Positions 29,049-37,295 of a stretch of 64,000 nt of DNA are shown one piece after another. The number at the start of each line of letters is the position of its first letter. Positions within the stretch are counted from its first letter, which is position 1. The stretch comes from an uncultured Oscillospiraceae bacterium (GTDB lineage: Bacteria; Bacillota; Clostridia; Christensenellales; CAG-138): contig CAYTPV010000001.1 of the NCBI GenBank assembly GCA_964440115.1, forward strand, positions 341,528 to 405,527. Reading direction: 5' to 3'. A program made the position numbers and the translations under genes. The notes beneath the pieces are model-generated. The model made no database searches, was not told the DNA's origin, and saw only the letters and a list, made by a program, of their open reading frames with translations.

Positions 29049-29435
29049 TTGAGAAAAGCATTGTTTATGGCCTGCGGATTTCTTTCCCTCGCGATCGGCA
29101 CGCTTGGTTTGTTTTTACCCATATTGCCCACCACGCCTTTTGTGCTGCTCGCAGCAGGCTGTTTTGCAGCAAGCAGCAGCAAGGTTTATGGGTGGCTGGA
29201 GAAATCCAAGCATTTCGGCCCTTTTATAAAGAATTATCGTAACAAAAGCGGCATTCCGCGCTCTGTTAAGCGCGATACGCTGCTGTTTCTTTGGGTTACG
29301 CTCGCCTGCTCCGCTGTGCTTAGTAAGCAGCCTCTCGTGTGGGGTATATTGGTCGTAGTCGGTATAGGTGTGACCACGCACATTGTACTGCTCAAATCAA
29401 CCGATCCCGAAAACGATACCCAAAACAAAGAATAG
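29049..29435 (+). CDS. YbaN/DUF454-family inner membrane protein
   Basis: GFLSLAIGTLGLFLPILPTTPFVLLAAGCFAASS is the DUF454 signature. I propose the TTG 29049 start after GGAGGA, but it is uncertain. Confidence 0.7.
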   Translation: MRKALFMACGFLSLAIGTLGLFLPILPTTPFVLLAAGCFAASSSKVYGWLEKSKHFGPFIKNYRNKSGIPRSVKRDTLLFLWVTLACSAVLSKQPLVWGILVVVGIGVTTHIVLLKSTDPENDTQNKE

Positions 29436-29500
29436 ATGTAGGGTCGTTTTGCCCTGCATCTATTCCCATTCGCTTCAAATAGCCGCTTATATCCGTCCTG

Positions 29501-31375
29501 TCAGCCCGCTAAGGAAAGCACTGCAGCATATTCCTGCGTGCTTCCGTTATCAAAGAAGCACTCAATGATCCGTTTTCCTTCCTCGCATAATTCCGGCTTC
29601 AAAAATGGCTTAAGCTCATCCCGAAAGAACTCCATCAGCATGGCAGCACCGGCATCATACGCCTCTGGGCCGACTTCCAACTGCAGATTGGTCTGCAGCA
29701 GCCCTTTGGGAATAAAGCTTCCGTCTATTTTCAATGTCTCAGGCACATATCCTAGCAGCGGGCACCTTGCCGCGACAAGCTGTTCGGGCTTGAACTTAAC
29801 GCTGCCCCTGCGCGCCAGATATTCCCTTACAATCCATTGCGGCATGAACCCGACATGGTACGCGCCGATATGCTGGTTGGGAATAAGCTTATAGCGCGTG
29901 GACGGCGTGTTCACGATCTGTTCTAGCAGCAGATTGGCCTGATCAATCTTCTTTCCGGTTGCGAACGGCCAGTAAGACCCTACGCCTTCGCTTGCAAGCC
30001 CGCCCGCATTGGTAATGCTCGGGTTATCATGCCCGCGCGGGGCAACCAGTCTCCAAAGCCAGGCAAGCGACGGCGGAAGAATATGCAGCATGCCCAGTAT
30101 ACCGTAAGTCGGCGCCATCTTTGTGCAGGGAGGCGTGCGCACGCCAAAGCTTCTGACATCTACTTCCGCGGGTTCGTCGATTACGCCCGGCACAATTCTG
30201 CGCGGCAGTATTACCCTGGGGTTGGGGCAAGCCTTGCCCGGTTCGTCCTCCGTATGCTCCCAAATGAGGCAGGTAGAGCCGGGTACGCCCCTGATATTCA
30301 AAAACAGCAGCGGTTCCTCGGGATGCACGCACAGCCGTTCATGCTGTGGGTCCGTTCCATACTGCGTGATATGGTTGACCCGCAGGAACCAGCCCTGCTC
30401 GGCATCCTTGACGACAAGCTTTCTGTTTCCGCTCTGAAATGTTTCGTGGCACAGCGCCATATCATCCGTAATGGGGTGCAGCTCGCAGGTATCGCTGATA
30501 TCCAAATAATGCTTTTCACCGGAAAGCGTGTTTTGCGCCAGCAGGATACGTCCATCCGGTTGTTTGTGCATGTGTTCGATCATCTCGCTTTTCCCGCTGC
30601 CGCTCGCACCCTCGTGCAATATGATAAAGCTGTTGTCATACGGTGTAACCACTTTTACCGTGGAACCGTGCAGCGTCACCCAGCCCTCTTTTTCCCCGAT
30701 GTTGAGCAGCACACCGTAAATGCCCTTTTTCGCACTGGGTCCCGGATAAAGGTTGAAAGAAAACACTTCATGCATTTCCGGAAGGCGGTTATGCACGACA
30801 ACCTGCTTTTTATCAAAGTGCGTATGCCGGAACGGCGGCGCAACATAAACGACGGCCTTGGGTGCAAACCCCTCCGGAATTTCAGACGCAGGAATAAACC
30901 CCTGCAAGTCCGCCAATGCTCCTGCGAAAAACGCTGCGTTCTTCGGCCCGATCAACATCGCCGCATATTGCAAGCCTTCGCCGCCGGCGAGGAAGGGAAG
31001 CATCATCAGTTCCTGATCCGCGAGCCATTCAAACACCTGCTTGCGCAGCGGAGCAAAATCAGAGCCAAACCTGTCTTTATACAGAGGCTTGTCGGTAGCC
31101 CCATCGTCCGCGATGACCATGCAGTCCGGATCGCGCCTGCGCATATAGATATCGCTGTAGTTGACAGCAAGGCCGTTGCTGCATTTGGTGACTTCGGCTT
31201 CCACAATCAGACCTTCACCGGGAACATCATATGTCACTTCAAACGTTCCCTGTGCATTGCCTCCCATTGCCATATCCAGCAGTTCCTGCCTGGTTTCAGG
31301 AATAAATACTTCCCTGCCGTAAAACAGTTCTGCAAGTTCCATTGGGAGCTGAATTTTCTCATGGCTAAGCTTCAC
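29501..31375 (-). CDS. Large uncharacterised P-loop protein (DUF4914-like)
   Basis: About 625 aa from GTG 31375 (AGGAGG is 6 nt upstream). It has a central Walker A, ILHEGASGSGKSEMIEHMH, reminiscent of HprK/PEPCK-type P-loops. The DUF4914 assignment is from memory. Confidence 0.6.
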   Translation of the reverse strand: MKLSHEKIQLPMELAELFYGREVFIPETRQELLDMAMGGNAQGTFEVTYDVPGEGLIVEAEVTKCSNGLAVNYSDIYMRRRDPDCMVIADDGATDKPLYKDRFGSDFAPLRKQVFEWLADQELMMLPFLAGGEGLQYAAMLIGPKNAAFFAGALADLQGFIPASEIPEGFAPKAVVYVAPPFRHTHFDKKQVVVHNRLPEMHEVFSFNLYPGPSAKKGIYGVLLNIGEKEGWVTLHGSTVKVVTPYDNSFIILHEGASGSGKSEMIEHMHKQPDGRILLAQNTLSGEKHYLDISDTCELHPITDDMALCHETFQSGNRKLVVKDAEQGWFLRVNHITQYGTDPQHERLCVHPEEPLLFLNIRGVPGSTCLIWEHTEDEPGKACPNPRVILPRRIVPGVIDEPAEVDVRSFGVRTPPCTKMAPTYGILGMLHILPPSLAWLWRLVAPRGHDNPSITNAGGLASEGVGSYWPFATGKKIDQANLLLEQIVNTPSTRYKLIPNQHIGAYHVGFMPQWIVREYLARRGSVKFKPEQLVAARCPLLGYVPETLKIDGSFIPKGLLQTNLQLEVGPEAYDAGAAMLMEFFRDELKPFLKPELCEEGKRIIECFFDNGSTQEYAAVLSLAG

Positions 31376-31399
31376 AATCGTACCTCCTGCTAAAAAATT

Positions 31400-31454
31400 T
31401 GAAATATAAAAGCCAACACCTGAAAGCTCAAAACTGAGCTTATCAGGTATTGGC
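31400..31454 (-). terminator. Long hairpin terminator/attenuator between DUF2294 and DUF4914-like genes
   Basis: On the minus strand GCCAATACCTGA(T)AAGCTCA / TGAGCTTTCAGGTGTTGGC forms 19 bp with one bulge. One pair is U-G in the minus sense and C-A in the plus sense. It is followed by TTTTATATTT. Confidence 0.6.
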
Positions 31455-31496
31455 TTATTGCCCGACTGGTTAAAGTAACCCTTCTGCGATCTGCCT

Positions 31497-31862
31497 CTAC
31501 CTAGTACATAAGCGTTCTTCCAGATTATCGCCCAACGTGATGAGAACGATTTTCTCACCGCTCTTTGTGCTTACGTCGGAATGAATGCTCATAATTTCCG
31601 TATTCAGTATGGGAGTAATCATGGCTTCAATTTCCTTAATGGCTCCCTCAAACAGCGACGCCCTGAGCTTTTTAATAAGCTCCACGCCCTGCGCGGTTTG
31701 TGCAAGTTTCCGTTCCGAGGGGCTTAAGAAACCAAGCATTCGGACAATCACCATATCCTGCAGGATATACGTTTTGATTTGCTTGGGCCCCCTGCCCATG
31801 TACTCGATTTCAAACTTGCTGAAGGCCTCGCTGATTTTCGCTTCCACCTGGCCTTTGCTCAT
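31497..31862 (-). CDS. DUF2294-family protein
   Basis: MSKGQVEAKISEAFSKFEIEYMGRGPKQIKTYILQDMVIVRMLGFLSPSE... follows the DUF2294 pattern (GQxEAxISxxxxxxExxYxGRGP...D...V) that I recall from Bacillus homologues. Confidence 0.7.
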   Translation of the reverse strand: MSKGQVEAKISEAFSKFEIEYMGRGPKQIKTYILQDMVIVRMLGFLSPSERKLAQTAQGVELIKKLRASLFEGAIKEIEAMITPILNTEIMSIHSDVSTKSGEKIVLITLGDNLEERLCTR

Positions 31863-31903
31863 TACGGATTTCCTTTCTTGAGCCTAAATATCCCCCGATA
31901 CCG

Positions 31904-31932
31904 ATCATAGCAAATCATCATATATATGTCAA
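31904..31932 (-). promoter_or_regulatory. Promoter for the DUF2294 gene
   Basis: The minus strand reads TTGACA, 17 nt, TATGAT (plus 31927-31932 and 31904-31909). Confidence 0.55.
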
Positions 31933-31964
31933 TGTATTCATGATAAATATTTTTGATCTATATA

Positions 31965-31993
31965 TTGACATCAGAATTACACTGCTATATGTT
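31965..31993 (+). promoter_or_regulatory. Promoter for the GGDEF gene
   Basis: TTGACA (31965-31970), then TATATG or TATGTT at 15-17 nt. This -35 is the inverted-repeat partner of the divergent promoter's -35. Confidence 0.5.
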
Positions 31994-32028
31994 TGATATG
32001 AAAGGCTACATACGGAAGGCGTGTTAAT

Positions 32029-32643
32029 ATGAATAAGCTGGTTCTAAGAGATTTTTTAACCGATAAAATCGATGATTTGATTGAACAGGATGAAATGCCC
32101 TTCAGCGTTGCTGTTGCGGATATCGACAACATGAGCGATATCAATGCTGCTCACGGCGAAGAGATCGGCGGGCAGGTAATCGCCAAAGTCGTATCCATAC
32201 TGCGGCAGAATTTATCCGATGAGGATTTTATTACGCTTTCCGGCGACGAATTCACCATACTGCTCAGAAACAAAGGAGCTGAGCGCAGCTTCATGTATAT
32301 GGAGGAAATCCGAAAATACCTGTCGTCCAACAATTTTCAGTTCGGCGAAGAGAATGCAAGGAACATCCATATTACAGTCAGCTGCGGGATCGCAAGCTAT
32401 CCGCGGGACGCAAAGAACACCGTGGAACTTCTGCGTATGGCGGACAGCTCGATGTACCGCGCGAAAAAGCTGGGAAAAAACGCAGTATGTCTTTCAGAGC
32501 CGGACAGCCTCGTATTAAAATCCTGTCATTTTACCAAAACGCAGGTGGAGCGTTTGGCGGTACTCTCAAAAGAACTGGAACGAACGGAAGCGTTCCTGAT
32601 GCGCGAGGCCATAGACGATCTTCTTAAAAAGTACAAGCAATAA
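32029..32643 (+). CDS. Stand-alone GGDEF-domain protein (SGDEF variant) with C-terminal RHH-like tail
   Basis: VAVADIDNMSDINAAHGEEIGG ... LSGDEFTILL ... SCGIASYP ... LLRMADSSMYRAKKLGKN form the GGDEF fold. The last ~40 aa (TKTQVERLAVLSKELERTEAFLMREAIDDLLKKY) resemble a ribbon-helix-helix. Confidence 0.8.
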   Translation: MNKLVLRDFLTDKIDDLIEQDEMPFSVAVADIDNMSDINAAHGEEIGGQVIAKVVSILRQNLSDEDFITLSGDEFTILLRNKGAERSFMYMEEIRKYLSSNNFQFGEENARNIHITVSCGIASYPRDAKNTVELLRMADSSMYRAKKLGKNAVCLSEPDSLVLKSCHFTKTQVERLAVLSKELERTEAFLMREAIDDLLKKYKQ

Positions 32644-32651
32644 GCAGTTGC

Positions 32652-34022
32652 CTATTCTGTTGCTGTTCCCCCTGCAATACTCGAACCCTGTTGCGCGGGA
32701 AATACTTGGGTGAACCGCAGCAGCGCGGCCTCCCATCCTTCCTTATCAATCTCCGTCAAATCGTCGCCGCGTCTTTCACGCAGCACCTGTACAAGCAAGG
32801 AAAGCTCCGCTTCACTGAGCAGTGCGAACGCCTGTTCAAATTCACTTTCTTTAAAGCACTCCGGAATGATTTCTATATAGTCGCGCAGGCTGTGCACATG
32901 ACGCCTGAGCATTGCTAGCTTGTCGGTTGTATACCTGCAGGAGCGCATTTCGCTGATCAAAGCGCGCAGATCCTCGTCCGCCATGGGCGGATTATCCTGA
33001 TATCGCGCATCCGTTTCAAAGCGTTCTTCCCTGAATGAAGGAAAGAGCCCTTTCAAGTCGTTCTGCCTGATCTGCAGCTCTATGCGGCCGCAGAGCTCGC
33101 GTTGCGCGAAAAGCAAATAGTCGCGCATTTCGCTGTCCAATTCTATATTCACGTTCTTACACATACGCATGGTTGCTTCTTCCATAAGCGTCTCAAGCTC
33201 ACGCGCTGAACGGTCCTGCAATAGATGCAGCAGGGCATCCCTTTCGCCATCGCGGATATTGAGCTTCCTGCAATCCTGCTCAAGCAGCGCCAATCCCACG
33301 GCGTTAACAAACACAGGCTCAAACAGATTGATGAGCTGCTCTACGGGGTCCACACAGTACCCTTCGAGCAGGCGGTATACCGTATTCGGTTCAAATGCCG
33401 AAACAAGCCTGTTTTCCAACAACAGGCGGCGCAGGTATTCGTTGATGTATTCTACGCCCTCAAGCTCTTCCACCGAGCAAAATAATTGATAATCGATATC
33501 GCAGGTGATGTCATGCGCAAAAAAGTCCGCGTCGTACCTTTTGAAGAACATTGGCAGGGCTTTATGAACGGTATCCAAAAACGCGCGGTTGTTCGTGGGC
33601 GCGGCGCAACGCAGCAACTCATCGAGCATCGCCCGCCCTTCGAGCACTTTCTTTTTAACCTCGCCTTTTCCCAATTCAAACAGAGCCGCAATACCTTCCG
33701 TACGCAGTCGAATCGCCGCCTGCCGCAAACCTGGGCATTTGCGCAGTTCCAACCCAATGCTAAAGCATACGGAATGCAAAAGCCCCTGCGCGGTTTCAAC
33801 GGGAACAGAGCTGCTGTCTCCCATGGTGAACCTTGAAGTCCGCTTTCCCAACAGCGCCCACAGTTCGCACTGCAAATCCAATAGGGACTGTTCCGTCAGA
33901 ATGCCCTGCGCCGCCCCTTCCTGCATGGCGGCATATACAAGTTGGGCAGTGGCAATCGATTTCCCCTGCTCCGTTTCGGGAAGCATCAGAGCGTCGGTCG
34001 CATCCCCTGTCCACAGGTTCAT
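32652..34022 (-). CDS. Uncharacterised acidic helical protein (~456 aa; possibly DUF6179-like)
   Basis: Long clean ORF with no TM segment and no motif I recognise. Its ATG overlaps the upstream stop (GAATGAAC), implying translational coupling. Confidence 0.6.
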   Translation of the reverse strand: MNLWTGDATDALMLPETEQGKSIATAQLVYAAMQEGAAQGILTEQSLLDLQCELWALLGKRTSRFTMGDSSSVPVETAQGLLHSVCFSIGLELRKCPGLRQAAIRLRTEGIAALFELGKGEVKKKVLEGRAMLDELLRCAAPTNNRAFLDTVHKALPMFFKRYDADFFAHDITCDIDYQLFCSVEELEGVEYINEYLRRLLLENRLVSAFEPNTVYRLLEGYCVDPVEQLINLFEPVFVNAVGLALLEQDCRKLNIRDGERDALLHLLQDRSARELETLMEEATMRMCKNVNIELDSEMRDYLLFAQRELCGRIELQIRQNDLKGLFPSFREERFETDARYQDNPPMADEDLRALISEMRSCRYTTDKLAMLRRHVHSLRDYIEIIPECFKESEFEQAFALLSEAELSLLVQVLRERRGDDLTEIDKEGWEAALLRFTQVFPAQQGSSIAGGTATE

Positions 34023-34471
34023 TCGTCGTCGTCCTCCTCCCATGAAAGGCCGTATCTTGCGCTACGGCATAGGTCTTCCAAAGAAGAGCCGCATAAATAT
34101 TCGAGGGAGCCTTCGCAGTCGCCGTCAAAATGCCGCTTCATATAACCGATCAGTTCGTCGTCGGGTATTTGGTCCAGTGATTCGTTTTTGAAGTAATAGA
34201 ATGCGTCCTGCAGCGCAAGCAACGTTTGCGTATAGCTATCCTGCATGACATACGGGGAATCGCAGAACTCAAATATGAGTTTCTTGAGTATACCTTCGCC
34301 GAATTCTATTCTCCCCGTCTCGCGAAGCGCTTCCATTCGCTTCTCAAGCAGGGTTTTTGCCTGTTCGTCCGAAAGATACAGGCCAAATCTCACGGTGAAC
34401 TCGTTGCAAGCGGTGAGCTCCGCAGCGGCGCGCAGGCTTTGCTGTTCGAGCAGCGCAAGAAATCCGTCCAT
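34019..34471 (-). CDS. Uncharacterised small acidic protein (~150 aa; possibly DUF6323-like)
   Basis: Clean ORF ending ...SWEEDDDE. AAAGGGG precedes the second Met (34471); the tracked start 34480 is also possible. Confidence 0.55.
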   Translation of the reverse strand: MDGFLALLEQQSLRAAAELTACNEFTVRFGLYLSDEQAKTLLEKRMEALRETGRIEFGEGILKKLIFEFCDSPYVMQDSYTQTLLALQDAFYYFKNESLDQIPDDELIGYMKRHFDGDCEGSLEYLCGSSLEDLCRSARYGLSWEEDDDE

Positions 34472-34607
34472 GCAAAACATCCCCTTTTTCGTCTCATGAT
34501 CGTCTTATACATGCTGCGCATCTATTCGTTCTACCATCATACGCACGTGGCGAACAAAGAACCAGTCTTGATTTTTCTCCCATTTTGTGGTATAGTACAA
34601 GTACAAA

Positions 34608-34639
34608 ATAAAGAAAAAAGCGCCGGATTCATCCGGCGC
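34608..34639 (-). terminator. Rho-independent terminator after the MBL/beta-CASP gene
   Basis: Stem GCGCCGGA / TCCGGCGC. The minus strand is followed by TTTTTTCTTTATTTT. Confidence 0.8.
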
Positions 34640-34659
34640 TTTTAGTATGACTATCAAAT

Positions 34660-36273
34660 TTAAATCAAAGCGTCCCATTTTTCCGCGAGGGAACGGACAT
34701 CCGCCTCCAACAGCGAAAGCTTGAGTTCCATATCCGGCGACCGGCGCGCACCGCTGCGGGCGAATATGGCCTGCAGCCGCTCGAGCTGCTGCTGGATCTG
34801 ATACCCTCTCGCTTTGGTCTGGATATCCACGACCTTCTGCGTAGGCATTGCGGGCTGCGCCTGCCCCTCGGCGATATCGTACACATCGCCCATCGAAGGC
34901 ACCATCGTGGAGTACCCAAGATCCGTCAAACTCTGCGCAAGCGCGTAAAGCGACTCTTCTTCGCCGTGCACCAGGAACACGCGTTTGGGCTTGGGCGTCA
35001 TGCCTTTTGCCCAATCGATGAGTTCGTCCTTGCCAGCATGGCCGGAAAAGCCCTCGATTTTAGTAATTGCCGCGTTGACGCGTACATCCTCGCCAAATAG
35101 CTTCACATGCTTCGCGCCTTCGAGCAGCGCACGCCCCAGCGTACCCTCCGCCTGATACCCGACAAACAGTATGGTGCTGTCCGCCCGATACAGATTGTGT
35201 TTGAGATGGTGGCGGATGCGCCCCGCATCACACATACCGGAGGCGGAGATGATAATCTTACTGCCCGGCAGATCGTTGATCATACGGGATTCTTCTGCAG
35301 TCTGGGCTACGCGCAGTGTGGGGAAATCGAAAGGAGAGCCGTCCTTCGCCATTTCCAGCGCTTCCGCATCGAAATAATCCTTTGCGCAGTGCTCGTATAC
35401 CTTCGTAGCCTCAATGCCAAGCGGGCTGTCGATGTAAACCGGAACGCTCTCAAGTCCGTGCACGATGCCCCTTTTGAGCAGACGTTTGAAGTAATAGAGC
35501 AATTCCTGTGTCCGGCCCACGGCAAATGAAGGTATGACAAGATTGCCGCCGCGTGCAAGCGCCGTGCGGATGGCATCGGCGAGTTCGCGCTCTTTATCGG
35601 TGTCCTCGCTGATCTCATGATTGCGATCACCGTATGTGCCTTCCATTATGAGATAATCCGCCGAATCAATATCCTCCGGGTCGTTGAGTATGGGCCTGTC
35701 GTCTCGCCCTACATCGCCCGAGAACACAAATTTGGTGGTCTTCCCGTTCTCTTCCGCCCATATCTCCGCCGCGGCAGAACCTAAGAGATGCCCGATATCG
35801 CGAAGCCTTACGCGCACGTTCGGGAACAGCTGTATCATTTCTTCGTAATCAACGCCGTGATACAGCTTGAGCGTATTCTGTACATCCTCCAGATTGTACA
35901 GCGGCTCGACGGGCTGTTTGCCCGCACGAAGATTTTTGCGCGTCTGCCATTCGGCTTCCTGCATCTGTATGTGCGCGCTGTCCGGCAGCATGATGGTGGA
36001 AAGCTCTGCTGTCGCTTCCGTACACAGTATTGTGCCTGTGAAGCCCCGCTTGACCAGCAGCGGCAGCAACCCGCTATGGTCGATATGCGCATGCGTAAGC
36101 ACCACCGCGCCTATTTCAGAAGGCTGAAATGGGAACGACGCTTCGCCGTATACGCCTTTTGCATCCGCGCCCTGGCGCATGCCGCAATCCACGAGCAGCT
36201 TGCCGCCCGCAAACGACAGCATGTGGCAGGACCCCGTCACCGAACGGGCTGCGCCAAAAAACTCCAGCTTCAT
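34660..36273 (-). CDS. MBL-fold metallo-hydrolase with beta-CASP / RNA-specificity domain (RNase J / CPSF-like)
   Basis: HAHIDHSG (HxHxDH), a later SGHAG motif, 537 aa. The architecture is that of beta-CASP ribonucleases. Confidence 0.8.
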   Translation of the reverse strand: MKLEFFGAARSVTGSCHMLSFAGGKLLVDCGMRQGADAKGVYGEASFPFQPSEIGAVVLTHAHIDHSGLLPLLVKRGFTGTILCTEATAELSTIMLPDSAHIQMQEAEWQTRKNLRAGKQPVEPLYNLEDVQNTLKLYHGVDYEEMIQLFPNVRVRLRDIGHLLGSAAAEIWAEENGKTTKFVFSGDVGRDDRPILNDPEDIDSADYLIMEGTYGDRNHEISEDTDKERELADAIRTALARGGNLVIPSFAVGRTQELLYYFKRLLKRGIVHGLESVPVYIDSPLGIEATKVYEHCAKDYFDAEALEMAKDGSPFDFPTLRVAQTAEESRMINDLPGSKIIISASGMCDAGRIRHHLKHNLYRADSTILFVGYQAEGTLGRALLEGAKHVKLFGEDVRVNAAITKIEGFSGHAGKDELIDWAKGMTPKPKRVFLVHGEEESLYALAQSLTDLGYSTMVPSMGDVYDIAEGQAQPAMPTQKVVDIQTKARGYQIQQQLERLQAIFARSGARRSPDMELKLSLLEADVRSLAEKWDALI

Positions 36274-36344
36274 GCAATTACTCCTTTGTTGTTGATGCCT
36301 ATAATAGGCAATGATTATGATACCTTGATCTCAAACCGTACTGT

Positions 36345-37235
36345 TTATACTTTAATTTCGGACCGCGCACTGCAGAAATACGCCAGCGACAGCGTGCCCG
36401 GGCCGGAATGGCTTCCAATCGTCGGCCCTACGGGGTGAATGCGCACCTCTTTGGGATGAACGGTTTCCTCGAGCAATGCCTTAAGCACAAGCGCATCTTC
36501 CATGCAATCGGCCTGGCTGATGATGAGGCTCTGTTCCTCCGGCTTGTCGATGGTCTGCGCGCATTTTTCAGCAAGGAATTTGATGGCGCGTTTGCGGCCC
36601 TTTATTTTTTCAAACGGCACCAGTTTCCCCTCGGGGCTGATATACAGAACTGGCTTAATTTCCAGCACAGATCCGAAGAATGCCGCAGCGCCGGAAACCC
36701 GACCGCCGCGCCGCAAATATTCAAGGCTGTCCACCGTAAAGAGCGCTATGGAGCGCTGCTTGTTCTCTTCCACCCACGCCTGGATTTCATCCAGCGTACG
36801 TCCCTCTTCCTGCATACGGGTGGCTTCTTCCACCAACAGTGCAAGGGGTGCTGAAATGGCAAGCGTATCGACAAGCTCAATCCTTCGACCGGGATATTTT
36901 TCCATCAATTCCTGCGCGGCAATACGCTCGCAGTCAAATGTTCCCGAAAGTGCAGAAGAAAAGCCAATGTGCAATATATCCTTGCCCTCTTTCAGATAAG
37001 GCTCAAAATATTCGGCTGCCTCGTTGGGGTTGCGCTGCGCGGTAACGACAGTCGCCCCTGCGCGCATGGTGTTATAAAACCCTATGATATCCGTTTCGCG
37101 ACCAAGATCGTAATAATATTCCACGTCATTGACGGTATATGGCATGCGCAGTACGCCTATGCCGGTTCTATCCTCCCACGCATAGGGTATCTCAGAATTG
37201 GATTCTGTCGTGATCACAAAGCTCGTATCCTTCAT
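36345..37235 (-). CDS. DegV-family fatty-acid-binding protein
   Basis: FVITTESNSEIP..., DTLAISAPLALLV and IGSHSGPGTLSLAYF are typical DegV blocks. Confidence 0.85.
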   Translation of the reverse strand: MKDTSFVITTESNSEIPYAWEDRTGIGVLRMPYTVNDVEYYYDLGRETDIIGFYNTMRAGATVVTAQRNPNEAAEYFEPYLKEGKDILHIGFSSALSGTFDCERIAAQELMEKYPGRRIELVDTLAISAPLALLVEEATRMQEEGRTLDEIQAWVEENKQRSIALFTVDSLEYLRRGGRVSGAAAFFGSVLEIKPVLYISPEGKLVPFEKIKGRKRAIKFLAEKCAQTIDKPEEQSLIISQADCMEDALVLKALLEETVHPKEVRIHPVGPTIGSHSGPGTLSLAYFCSARSEIKV

Positions 37236-37295
37236 TTCGGTTTGCTCCTTCTCCTGATTTATACTGGCATACCCCCTGCCGGCCGGGAGTTCCTA

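Noticed and set aside
30029-31393. 454-aa ORF antisense to the DUF4914-like gene. Similar long antisense ORFs occur at 15184-16044, 24803-25867, 36969-38021, 40858-41793, 42105-43364, 46006-46836, 47478-48221 and 49970-51217.
   Set aside because: All overlap well-supported genes on the opposite strand, have Arg/His/Gly-biased low-information composition, and lack ribosome-binding sites. I treat them as non-coding.
32029-32643. GGDEF protein as part of a cyclic-nucleotide defence system (CBASS-like)
   Set aside because: There is no adjacent effector, no CD-NTase fold, and no phage or mobile context. The gene sits among housekeeping genes.
34481-34620. c-di-GMP or other riboswitch in the leader of the uncharacterised gene pair (prompted by the nearby GGDEF gene)
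   Set aside because: I could not find the conserved GEMM-I or GEMM-II cores or any other riboswitch signature I know. Only weak local pairing is visible.
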